Shown: positions 1-7,695, counted from the first letter of the stretch. The stretch: DNA of 10,834 bases from an uncultured Acidobacteriota bacterium (GCA_963741955.1 CAVUKB010000016.1:1-10834); one strand, 5' to 3'. Numbers and translations: made by a program. Notes: generated from the letters alone by a model not told the origin.

Positions 1-103
1 ACCCCCCCCACCAGTCCCCGCGTCCCGAAGGGCCTTGATCGAGATCGAGACCTCGAGTATTCCGATAGTGCCTCGCCACGACTGATCATTTATCCTTTCG
101 CAC

Positions 104-280
104 GTGGCAGCCGCGAACCGCTTCGATCACTACTTCACCTCGGCCATCCGGCAGCGAGGCGAGGAGTACGCCGAAGGGTGCGTGACCCTTCTGGATCCTG
201 GCCCCGGTGAGATTGCGGCGACGGTGGAAGGGACGCTCGAGTATCTGGTCGTCTGCGAACACCGGGATGGCAGCGTCTCC
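104..280 (+). pseudogene. Probable N-terminal remnant of a SWIM zinc-finger / SNF2-associated protein, ending before any SWIM Cys/His motif
   Basis: GTG start 7 nt after TATCCT (91-96). FTSAIRQRGEEYAEGCV...IAATVEGTLEYLV resembles the RGxxY...A.V.G..Y.V pattern that precedes SWIM domains. No CxC...CxH follows, and the ORF then runs out of frame through higB. The 3' end is approximate. Confidence 0.45.
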
Positions 281-359
281 GCGGGCGTACTCGTGTTGCG
301 GATCCAGCCCGAGCGGGCGAGCCCGTCGGTAGTTGAAATCCTCAAACTCCTTCCCGCGT

Positions 360-383
360 TTAGCATGGTATCCGTGCTAACAT
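360..383 (+). promoter_or_regulatory. higBA promoter/operator: inverted repeat overlapping an extended -10
   Basis: TTAGCATGG (360-368) / CCGTGCTAA (372-380) is a 9-bp inverted repeat with one mismatch. TG-c-TAACAT (375-383) lies 6 nt before the GTG at 390. Confidence 0.6.
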
Positions 384-389
384 GCTGTG

Positions 390-683
390 GTGATCCGGTC
401 ATTCGCAGATGGGGGCACAGAGGATCTTTTTCACGGCCGGAACAGCAGGGCAGCGCGCCGCAGGTGTCCCAGGACCTTATGGGCGATCGTCGCGAGGAAA
501 CTCGATCTTCTGGACTCGGCGGCAGATGTGATCGATCTCCGGATCCCACCAGGCAACCGTCTCGAGACGCTGAAGGGAGATCGCGCAGGAATGTGGAGTA
601 TCCGTATCAATGAGCAGTACCGAATCTCTTTTCGCTGGACCGAAGATGGTCCGCGCGATGTCGAAGTCGTCGATTACCACTGA
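390..683 (+). CDS. higB: HigB (RelE/ParE superfamily) type II toxin, about 97 aa
   Basis: MIRSF...TEDLF, RKLDLL, DLRIPPGNRLETLKGDRAGMWSIRINEQYRISFRW...VEVVDYH is the typical HigB signature. Toxin-first order. Alternative GTG at 387. Confidence 0.95.
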   Translation: MIRSFADGGTEDLFHGRNSRAARRRCPRTLWAIVARKLDLLDSAADVIDLRIPPGNRLETLKGDRAGMWSIRINEQYRISFRWTEDGPRDVEVVDYH

Positions 684-695
684 GGGGAGGCGTCG

Positions 696-995
696 ATGGT
701 GAACATTCCGTCCAACCGCACACCGACACATCCGGGAGAGATGTTGCTCGAGGAGTTTCTCGGACCGCTCGAGATCTCCCAGACGGAGCTTGCCCGAGGA
801 ATCCGCGTCCCGTACCAGAGGGTCAACGAACTGATCAATGGCCGTCGGGGTATCACCCCCAGTACTGCTCTTCGCCTCGCCAGATACCTCGGCACGACCC
901 CCTTCTTCTGGATGAACCTCCAGCAGCGCTGGGATCTCTACCACGCCGGCAAACAGGAAGCCTCCGAGCTCCGCCGCATCCGCACCCCGCGATAG
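696..995 (+). CDS. higA: HigA family antitoxin (Xre HTH), 99 aa
   Basis: PTHPGEMLLEEFL, SQTELARGIRV, RVNELINGRRGITPSTALRLARYLGTTPFFWMNLQ. GGGGAGG RBS at 684-690, directly downstream of higB. Confidence 0.95.
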   Translation: MVNIPSNRTPTHPGEMLLEEFLGPLEISQTELARGIRVPYQRVNELINGRRGITPSTALRLARYLGTTPFFWMNLQQRWDLYHAGKQEASELRRIRTPR

Positions 996-999
996 CCGT

Positions 1000-1050
1000 G
1001 TGTGGGTCGGGCCTCCGGCCCGATCTCCTCGGCCGTCCCGGCCGAGCGAG
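1000..1050 (+). repeat. Hairpin repeat family A copy 1 (51 bp, REP-like double hairpin)
   Basis: GTGTGGG-TCGGGCC-TCC-GGCCCGA-TCTC-CTCGGCCG-TCC-CGGCCGAG-CGAG. Identical to 7514-7564; one mismatch to 10396-10446. Confidence 0.9.
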
Positions 1051-1090
1051 CAGTGCAATGATGATTGACGACTGCGCGACGTCCGAGTCG

Positions 1091-1270
1091 AGCCCGCATT
1101 TCTCACCAGCCTTCTACTGCGGCGACGGATAGCGGCGCGGCTGCTGCGTTGCGCTCGATTCGGCTCCTCGACATAGTGTCGACTATGCCTGCGGGGCCGA
1201 ACCTTCGCGCGCCTTGCATCCGCACCACTCTCCGCCGCCTCGCTACGATATCTGGTGAGAAATGCGGGCT
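1091..1270. mobile_element. MITE-like non-autonomous palindromic element, 180 bp, perfect 19-bp terminal inverted repeats
   Basis: AGCCCGCATTTCTCACCAG (1091-1109) / CTGGTGAGAAATGCGGGCT (1252-1270). Nested inner arms TTCGGCTCC/GGGGCCGAA and CATAGT/ACTATG share the same centre (about 1180). No credible coding capacity. Confidence 0.7.
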
Positions 1271-1273
1271 AGA

Positions 1274-1309
1274 CAGCGTAGCGCCGATTGCCAATCGGCC
1301 GGGCCGCAC
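1274..1309 (+). repeat. Hairpin repeat family B copy 1 (GTAG-type REP-like)
   Basis: CAGC-GTAG-C-GCCGATT-GCC-AATCGGC-CGGGCCGCAC. Related copies at 9685-9717 and 10452-10487. Confidence 0.85.
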
Positions 1310-1457
1310 CGGCCCCCGCTGACGTGTGTCCGTGTGGGTGAAGGAACGCTGAAATCTCGCCCCCGGCGAGTGTCGGCCGATTCGGCTGAGCTCAGGGCAG
1401 GCTTCGTGAGGGCTTCCAGCCCTCGCCTCGATCAGCCGGCCGTGATGAGCGCGATCC

Positions 1458-1844
1458 TCACACCTTCCGAATCGGCCCCGAGTACTCCGCAACGCGGCGA
1501 TCAGCAGTCAACAGCGTGACTCCCTCGGCCATCACCTGAGCGATCAGGATGCGATCGAAGGGATCTCTGTGAATCGCAGGAAGAGAATCGACGTTGACGG
1601 CGTGCTCGCTCGTGACCGGGAGCTCCTGGTATCCATTATCCAGGAGTGCGCGACGAAGGACGCGCGGCTCGACGCGGAAGTCCTTCCTGCCGAGAGAGCT
1701 CTTGATCGTGATTTCCCAGATGCTGGCCGCACTGAACAGAAGGTCATTCTTCTGGTCCAGAATCAGCTTGCGTGCAGCAGTAGAAAGGCGTTTCGGCTCA
1801 CCCGCGGCCCAGAGAATGAGCTGTGTGTCGAGCAGGAGTTTCAC
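1458..1844 (-). CDS. vapC: VapC family PIN-domain toxin, 128 aa
   Basis: MKLLLDTQLILW, SAASIWEITIK, HRDPFDRILIAQ, LLTAD carry the conserved PIN acidic residues. GTGA overlap with the upstream antitoxin. Confidence 0.95.
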   Translation of the reverse strand: MKLLLDTQLILWAAGEPKRLSTAARKLILDQKNDLLFSAASIWEITIKSSLGRKDFRVEPRVLRRALLDNGYQELPVTSEHAVNVDSLPAIHRDPFDRILIAQVMAEGVTLLTADRRVAEYSGPIRKV

Positions 1845-2080
1845 TCCGCGCCACCGAACATCGCTTCGATCTCATCCTTGCCCATTTCGTTGAAATCCTC
1901 CGGGACCTCGATCTCACCGAGCAGGAACCCGACCCGCTTCGGCTCGAGCGGTTGATCGACCGGCACGACTCTGACCATCGGCTTTCCCGCCTTCGCAATC
2001 ACCACGGATTCCCCCCCGGCTGCCTTCTCGACCAGCCGTGACAGATGGGTCTTCGCCTCGTGCATATTCACCGTAACCAT
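1841..2080 (-). CDS. Phd/YefM family antitoxin cognate to VapC, 79 aa
   Basis: TVNMHEAKTHLSRLVEKAAGGESVVIAKAGKPMVRVVP is the Phd/YefM fold signature. Acidic C-terminal tail; coupled to vapC. Confidence 0.93.
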   Translation of the reverse strand: MVTVNMHEAKTHLSRLVEKAAGGESVVIAKAGKPMVRVVPVDQPLEPKRVGFLLGEIEVPEDFNEMGKDEIEAMFGGAE

Positions 2081-2106
2081 GACTAGACTAAGTGAGTCGG
2101 ACTAAG
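2081..2106 (-). promoter_or_regulatory. Putative autoregulatory operator region of the phd-vapC operon
   Basis: GACTA at 2081, GACTAAG at 2086-2092 and 2100-2106, plus GACT-N5-AGTC symmetry (2086-2098) immediately upstream of the ATG. No Shine-Dalgarno visible. Confidence 0.4.
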
Positions 2107-2191
2107 CTTTATTTCCCTTCAGACAGGTCCGTGTGAAACCAGGTGCCCAATCCATTCTGGTGGCTCCGGCTCCTGTCGTACAATCCTCGCC

Positions 2192-3913
2192 ATGTCCCGA
2201 TCGAGCCGACGCGAGCGTGCCGTGCTTCTCATCGACAGTCTCGTCGACGATCCCTCCGACATCTACGAACAAGACGTCGGGGAACTCCTCGAAGGCGCGG
2301 ATGTCGTGTCGGTTCGTGAAGAGGTCTTCGAGCGCCTGCTGAAGGTCTGGAGCGGCATCGAGATCTCGATCCTGACGGCGCTGCTCGACAAGATCGGGAT
2401 CGGCGGTATGAAGGGAGAGCTCGCACGCGTCGTCACCGATCGTGGCCGCACGGGCGCTCTGCGATCCGCGGTCGCCGCGCTCCTGCTCACGCACGAACCG
2501 CAACTCGCGAAGAGAGTTCTTGCGAAGCTGAGCGCGGAAGAACGAGCGATGTTCGCGCAGGCACCGATCCGCGCCCTGCTCTCAGTCGTGATCGAGGATC
2601 CCGGCTCGATCGGCTCGGTCTCGAGCTTTCTGAAAGGTGCGGACGGAACGGACCCTCTCGACACGTTCGCGCTTCTCGAGGAGGTCCGGCGCGGGATGGG
2701 ACTGTATCCGTTGCAGGTCTACGAGGACGCTCTCTTCCACGACTCTCTGGAATCGCTGATCGAGCCTGTGGTCGATCTCATCATCGAGGAGCGCGACCCG
2801 CGCGGGGTCGAAGTCCTGCGTTTCATCGCGCAGAACGAGGAGGGGGAGCGTCAGCCGTTCTGGAAAGCTCTCGCCGAGCGCGCGGAGCGGGAGATCGGCG
2901 GCAAGCCGGCGGCCGCCGTGCTGGAGGCGGAGGCGTGGCTCGGATACCCGCTCCCGCCGTTTCCGCCGCCGGTCGTCCTCCTGGTCGAGAACCCCGACGG
3001 CACCCGCACCTTCGGCCTGCTGGAGCTGGGGCGGGGTCCTGTGGCCGATCGAAAGGGATCGGTCATCTATGATCCCGCCCCGGAACTGATCGAGCAGATC
3101 CCGCGCCCTCCCGATTCCGTCCGTGTCCCCTCCGGCATCGCCCGGGAGCTCTTCGAGAGCTACTGGGAGGCGCTCGGTGATGATGAGAGCGAGGAGATCT
3201 CGATCGCATTCGCGGAGCTGACGCAGCATCTTCCGCTCGCCGAGCTCCCGCGGATTCCAGAGCGTCGGGATCCGCACGAGGACGAGGTTCGTGAGCTTCT
3301 CGAAGAGCATCCGTATGCGAAGTGGCTTCTCGATTTCCGGGAGATGATTGCGGAGATGGAGGTCCCGGATTTACTGGAGGATCCGACGGAGGAGTGGCTC
3401 GCACGCGGAACCGGTCTGGTCGACGATTCCCGGCAGGCGGGATTGATCGCCGATGCGTTTCGCATGATGTCGCTGCTCCACCAGATCAAGGGGCAGGAGG
3501 ATCGTGCCTCGGTTGCGGCCACGCTCGCCAGGCGGATCGCAGAAGAGGGCCTGTCGTTTCTGGGGATCGGTCCAATTCTGTTGGAGCGCACGGTGAACGA
3601 GGTTCGTGTCCATGCGGCGACGGTCGCCAGGAAGCCGTCCGATCCTTGGGCGGTGGAGCCGCACGAGGAAGCAGAGATGCTGAGGCTCTTCCTGCCGGTC
3701 GCGAAGAAGCAACTGAAGGACTGGCGCGTGCCGTTTGTCCGCGAGACGTACGACCGGCTCCGTTCCGAGGGGATGAGCTCGCAGGATGCGGTGCGCGCGA
3801 TCGCGCTCGCAATCGCGGCCGACGCAAAGCGGATGACGATCCTCGACGCAGATTACGACGATGACATCTACATTGCCCGCCTCGATGCTCTGACGGGAGA
3901 AGCTTCCGCGTAA
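2192..3913 (+). CDS. Hypothetical acidic, largely alpha-helical protein (573 aa); possible HEAT-like N-terminal part and DUF1841-like C-terminal domain
   Basis: Long ORF with natural composition. TACAAT (2179-2184) sits 7 nt before the ATG. The C-terminus VRETYDRLRSEGMSSQDAVRAIA...YDDDIYIARLDAL resembles DUF1841-type helical domains (by eye only). Confidence 0.75.
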   Translation: MSRSSRRERAVLLIDSLVDDPSDIYEQDVGELLEGADVVSVREEVFERLLKVWSGIEISILTALLDKIGIGGMKGELARVVTDRGRTGALRSAVAALLLTHEPQLAKRVLAKLSAEERAMFAQAPIRALLSVVIEDPGSIGSVSSFLKGADGTDPLDTFALLEEVRRGMGLYPLQVYEDALFHDSLESLIEPVVDLIIEERDPRGVEVLRFIAQNEEGERQPFWKALAERAEREIGGKPAAAVLEAEAWLGYPLPPFPPPVVLLVENPDGTRTFGLLELGRGPVADRKGSVIYDPAPELIEQIPRPPDSVRVPSGIARELFESYWEALGDDESEEISIAFAELTQHLPLAELPRIPERRDPHEDEVRELLEEHPYAKWLLDFREMIAEMEVPDLLEDPTEEWLARGTGLVDDSRQAGLIADAFRMMSLLHQIKGQEDRASVAATLARRIAEEGLSFLGIGPILLERTVNEVRVHAATVARKPSDPWAVEPHEEAEMLRLFLPVAKKQLKDWRVPFVRETYDRLRSEGMSSQDAVRAIALAIAADAKRMTILDADYDDDIYIARLDALTGEASA

Positions 3914-3982
3914 CGAGCTCGATCGTCACGACACCGGTACCTCTGAGCAATGTCCTCGAGCTCCTGAAAAAAGGCCCCATCT

Positions 3983-3999
3983 GCGGCTGAGAAAGCCGC
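3983..3999. terminator. Possible weak terminator hairpin between convergent genes
   Basis: GCGGCT-GAGAA-AGCCGC stem. An A7 run at 3967-3973 gives a displaced U-tract on the minus strand. Confidence 0.25.
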
Positions 4000-4019
4000 T
4001 GCACCCGTGCTCCCGCGTC

Positions 4020-4733
4020 TCAGTCGAGCCAGGCGTCGAACTCTGATGGCAGGAGCTCGGCGATCTGCTCGCCCGTCATCCCGTAGAGATCGTAATTCAG
4101 CCCGAGCTGATCGACCACGCGGATGAGCCGGCGCAGATTGCCCGGTCGATCTCCGGTCGTGGAGCCCCGCTTCGGCCTCGACGTCGCCTCGTCCCAGTAC
4201 AGCCGGTCGATCGCCTGCATCAGTCCGCGGTTCGAGATCAACTCCCGCCGGTGGGCGAGATCGTAGATGAACTGCCCGTGCTGATGCGCCGGGGGATAGA
4301 GGAGAAGCCGCGAATACTCGCCGTGCATCTGATAGAGACGGTACGGTCCCTCGAGCAAGTGCCGTGCGCGGGTCCAGCCGCTCGACCAGTCCGGGATGTA
4401 GTGGTAATCCTCACGCGGGCGCCGGAGTCCCCGCTCATCCGGCGGAGCCAGTTGCTCGAAATAGAACAGCGCGAGCCAGCTCCAGAGCCCCTGCTCTTTT
4501 GCATCGCCGCGCATCACGATCGTTCGAAGAAGACCCGACAGATACGCCGCTGCCTCGAACTTCGTCTCGAACGAGCGCTGCTCGATGCGAACGCGATCGC
4601 TCACCGGCTCCGATGTCGTCTCGACGAACAGGAGTGCCGGCGTCCCCTCGAACGGCCGCCCCTTCCGGATGAGCTCCAGGAAGCGCCGAAACTCATCGAT
4701 CCCCTTCGGCGTCAGTGCGCGGAGCTGCGGCAT
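4020..4733 (-). CDS. Hypothetical protein, gene 3 of the GHKL-ATPase operon (237 aa)
   Basis: ATG overlaps the stop of gene 2 (TGATG at 4735-4731). Aromatic/basic motifs GLWSWLALFYFEQL, RHLLEGPY, GNLRRLIRVVDQL. No family recognised. Confidence 0.85.
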   Translation of the reverse strand: MPQLRALTPKGIDEFRRFLELIRKGRPFEGTPALLFVETTSEPVSDRVRIEQRSFETKFEAAAYLSGLLRTIVMRGDAKEQGLWSWLALFYFEQLAPPDERGLRRPREDYHYIPDWSSGWTRARHLLEGPYRLYQMHGEYSRLLLYPPAHQHGQFIYDLAHRRELISNRGLMQAIDRLYWDEATSRPKRGSTTGDRPGNLRRLIRVVDQLGLNYDLYGMTGEQIAELLPSEFDAWLD

Positions 4734-5491
4734 CAGAGACTCGTCTCCGAGCGCATCCTGTCCAGGAGTGCATGTCTCGCGGCGAATTCACGTGCGAGCT
4801 GCTCGATCCACATCCGCTTCAGACCCGGATCGGCCTCCCGCTCCGGAACCGGCTCGGTCGTCAACCCATGGGCCCAGCGGAGCCACAGATGCCACCAGTC
4901 CTCTCCCTCCTCGTGTGGATCGACCTCCTCGACGAGCAGCATCTCGGTGAAGATCTCCCGCACGGCGGCCGGATAGACGGCTGCGAGAAAGAGCGGATCG
5001 AGCTTCGAGATCTGCTCGATCGACTCGAGTCGCTGGTTCAACTCGAGCAGTGGACCGTCGGACTCGAATTGCACGTTCCAGAGCATCTCGCCGAGCCCCT
5101 CGGAAAATGACACGGGGAGAAGAGGGATCGACGCACCACGTGAGGGGTCGCCATCGGTAATCCTGATTCCGTCCGCCACGCCCACGATCCGATGGTGCCG
5201 GTCGCTTTCGTCGACGACTTTCAGCCGGAAGTGAACGACATTCCTGCTGTCGATCTCCGTCAGCCTCCGGTCTTCCGGAATCGCAGGGTTGCCCACGTTG
5301 CCGCAAGCGAAGCGCATGTACGAGGTGCGATACCACGCTTCGAGATAGACGCGAGCCTCGGACGGCAGCTCGAGCCCGTCGAGGTTGAGTGAGAGATCGA
5401 ACGCGAGCTGATCTCGCGTCCGGCTGAGCTGAATCCGGACGCGGTTGCGCGGGATCTTCTTCCGCTGCGTGTAATTGAACTTCCGGATCAC
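4733..5491 (-). CDS. Hypothetical protein, gene 2 of the GHKL-ATPase operon (252 aa, starts MIRKFNYTQRKKI)
   Basis: GTG at 5491 overlaps the stop of gene 1 (GTGA), with GGAGG 7 nt upstream (5503-5499). The ORF track start at 5548 lies inside gene 1 and is less plausible. Confidence 0.85.
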   Translation of the reverse strand: MIRKFNYTQRKKIPRNRVRIQLSRTRDQLAFDLSLNLDGLELPSEARVYLEAWYRTSYMRFACGNVGNPAIPEDRRLTEIDSRNVVHFRLKVVDESDRHHRIVGVADGIRITDGDPSRGASIPLLPVSFSEGLGEMLWNVQFESDGPLLELNQRLESIEQISKLDPLFLAAVYPAAVREIFTEMLLVEEVDPHEEGEDWWHLWLRWAHGLTTEPVPEREADPGLKRMWIEQLAREFAARHALLDRMRSETSL

Positions 5492-7371
5492 GATTCGACC
5501 TCCGTCACGCGCACGACCAGATCGCGCCGCGAATCGAAGCCGCCACACGTGACGCGAAACGTTTCCGACTCCGTTTCGAGCTCGACCACGTTCTCTGCGC
5601 GCGACAGAATGCGCGCTCCCTCGACCTCGAGAGTGACATCGGCGCCGGAGAGGTCGAAGTCGAGCGGATCGTGCTTGCGGAACGGATTTCCATTCGGCGT
5701 CCGGTATGCGAGCTCCGCCCGCATCCGTGCACCCTCGCGCGGGGCCTGGCCCTCGATCACGAACCCGCCGCTGATCCGCCGGAGCTCGAGCGCGCTTCCG
5801 CCCGTCGCCGCAGGCGTTGATCCATCCGCAACCGTCTCGCCCTCGGAAGCGGGCTTTCGTCCTGGTGCTGGCGCATCACCGTCGTGCGGCAGCTCGATTG
5901 AAAAAAAGTCTCCGAGAAAATCGCGGACGCGTCCTTCTGGAGGACGGAGAAGAATCGACGCCAGGTGTCCCAGCGCCGTCTTCACGAAGCGCACCGTCGT
6001 CGCGCCGTGATCGTAATGTGCCCGGACGCGGTCGGCGCGCTCGGACCAGTCGGAATGCGCCGGGTTTTCCGCATCCCCGAGAAGCGTCGAGAGCTTGTCA
6101 TCGTCGACGACGAGGAGTGCGCGCACCGGCTTCTCTCGCGGCGTGCGGATCTCCGGGATCGTGATCCCGCGCCGGATGAAGTGGTGCTCTCCGCGCCGGA
6201 GGCTCTCGTCCTTCTCCATGAAGACGTCGAAGTGCGCATGCGCGGGGCGTGACCGGAGCCGCTTCACTGCGACCGGAACACGCACCGCGATTCGGTCACC
6301 CCGCTCGAGCCGCTCGCGCAGCCGTTCGACCCGCTGCGCCCCCACGATCTCGGCATCCCACTTCGGTGCGCGTGTCGGATCCTGCAGCTCGATCTCTTCG
6401 ATCTCCGCGGCTCCCGAGGTCACTGCCCATCTCGTCAGCGTGCACAGCTTCGCGATCTCCTCCGCCTCGGAGTCGATCGTGCGCGCGGCCACGGCCTCGA
6501 TCGAGCGACCGTCGATCGTCTCCGAGCGCGTGCCGTTTTCCACCTGTACCACGAGATCTCCTCGGATCACCGGGTAGAAATATTGCCGGACCACGGCGGC
6601 AGCGATCGAGGCAAACGGAATGTCGCCCTGGCGGAACCACGGGATGACGACCGAGAGGCCCGGTTCCTCACGCTGAAGCCCGAAGTCCTCACAGAAGCGT
6701 GCGATCAGCTCCGGATCCTCGATCGGCAATGGGAAGCCGCGCTCGTCATGCAGCGCGAAAAAGCCGTAAGGCGAGTAGCGCTCGGATGCGCGAACGTGAG
6801 TCTTGAGAACCGATTGTCCGAGGAGCAGTCGTCGGTTGTCGTCGGCCCGGTGGGTGAGACCGAGGATCGTGTGGATCTGGGATGCGATGGGGAAGACCGC
6901 CTTGCCGAGTCCCCATCGTCCGCGGTCGAGCTCTCCTTTGAGCGTGCGGCCGATGTTCCGCCAGAAGAAATAGAAATCGTTCTTGCCGGCGTCCTCCGGT
7001 TCGAGCTCCGGGTCTACGTCGGGACGGCCGGAGAGCCCGCGTGTCCCCGCGTCCTCGATGACGAGGAACGGCATCGGCTCGTCGAGCGGTGGCAGCCCTT
7101 CCGGCAGATCGTTCTCGAGCGACGCGAGGTGCGGGGCGAGTCCGTGAAGGTAGGCAGCCGCGCGCTCGGCCGGAAGCCGGTCGTTGCCGTCGGCGAAACG
7201 GAAACGGACGCGCACCTTCGAGTTGCCGCGCCGCGCGTCGAGCGAGTTCTGGATCACTTCGCGTACGAGTGCATCCGAGAGATCCTGCGCTTTGAAGAAC
7301 TCGTCGTGAACCGGATCGACGTTGATCTCTCCCGGCCCCATCCGCCGGAAGTCCCATTTCGGAAACCCCAT
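5488..7371 (-). CDS. GHKL (Hsp90/MutL/MORC-like) ATPase-domain protein, 627 aa, gene 1 of operon
   Basis: N-box LVREVIQNSLDA (REVIQNSLDA at 7263-7234), G1-like LVIEDAGTRGL, G2-like GRWGLGKAV and G3-like PGLSVVI occur in the expected order. ATG at 7371 is 7 nt after TAGAAT. The upstream ORF extension translates a tandem repeat. Confidence 0.8.
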   Translation of the reverse strand: MGFPKWDFRRMGPGEINVDPVHDEFFKAQDLSDALVREVIQNSLDARRGNSKVRVRFRFADGNDRLPAERAAAYLHGLAPHLASLENDLPEGLPPLDEPMPFLVIEDAGTRGLSGRPDVDPELEPEDAGKNDFYFFWRNIGRTLKGELDRGRWGLGKAVFPIASQIHTILGLTHRADDNRRLLLGQSVLKTHVRASERYSPYGFFALHDERGFPLPIEDPELIARFCEDFGLQREEPGLSVVIPWFRQGDIPFASIAAAVVRQYFYPVIRGDLVVQVENGTRSETIDGRSIEAVAARTIDSEAEEIAKLCTLTRWAVTSGAAEIEEIELQDPTRAPKWDAEIVGAQRVERLRERLERGDRIAVRVPVAVKRLRSRPAHAHFDVFMEKDESLRRGEHHFIRRGITIPEIRTPREKPVRALLVVDDDKLSTLLGDAENPAHSDWSERADRVRAHYDHGATTVRFVKTALGHLASILLRPPEGRVRDFLGDFFSIELPHDGDAPAPGRKPASEGETVADGSTPAATGGSALELRRISGGFVIEGQAPREGARMRAELAYRTPNGNPFRKHDPLDFDLSGADVTLEVEGARILSRAENVVELETESETFRVTCGGFDSRRDLVVRVTEVES

Positions 7372-7378
7372 CACCCCG

Positions 7379-7384
7379 ATTCTA
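7379..7384 (-). promoter_or_regulatory. -10 element TAGAAT for a probably leaderless GHKL operon transcript
   Basis: Minus strand reads TAGAAT-CGGGGTG-ATG. Confidence 0.5.
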
Positions 7385-7399
7385 TGATGGATGGGGAAG

Positions 7400-7434
7400 G
7401 AACGATGAAAGATGAACGATGAAAGATGAACGAG
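7400..7434. repeat. Heptamer tandem repeat (GAAMGAT) x5
   Basis: GAACGAT GAAAGAT GAACGAT GAAAGAT GAACGAG. Confidence 0.9.
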
Positions 7435-7513
7435 GAGCTCTCGCATTCGAAAGCAGCCACCCGTGGGAAGATCTCGACCGGCAACCTCTACGGAAGGGCA
7501 AGTTCATCCAGCC

Positions 7514-7564
7514 GTGTGGGTCGGGCCTCCGGCCCGATCTCCTCGGCCGTCCCGGCCGAGCGAG
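7514..7564 (+). repeat. Hairpin repeat family A copy 2
   Basis: 51/51 identical to 1000-1050. Confidence 0.9.
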
Positions 7565-7612
7565 GAGCTCCAGTTGCAGCGGCCTGTCACCGCTCAATTC
7601 TCGGGATGACCG

Positions 7613-7672
7613 CTCATGCCGCAAAACGACAGCTCATGCCGAAAACCGACACCTCATGCCGTAGAGCGACAA
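7613..7672 (+). repeat. Three 20-bp-period direct repeats CTCATGCCG-N5-CGACA-N
   Basis: CTCATGCCGcaaaaCGACAg / CTCATGCCGaaaacCGACAc / CTCATGCCGtagagCGACAa, with a degenerate fourth unit at 7593-7612. Confidence 0.85.
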
Positions 7673-7695
7673 ACGCACCGGCTTCGTCAACCTCA

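Noticed and set aside
5488-7371. Gene 1 as histidine kinase, gyrase B, MutL or HtpG
   Set aside because: The ATPase domain is N-terminal with no H-box, TOPRIM or MutL/HtpG-specific motifs recognisable, and the operon context is unrelated.
7372-7446. N-terminal extension of the GHKL gene from 7446
   Set aside because: It crosses the heptamer repeat (HLSSFIFHRSF); -10 spacing supports the ATG at 7371.
7613-7672. Mini-CRISPR
   Set aside because: The period is 20 bp with only a 5-nt variable part, far too short for repeat-spacer units.
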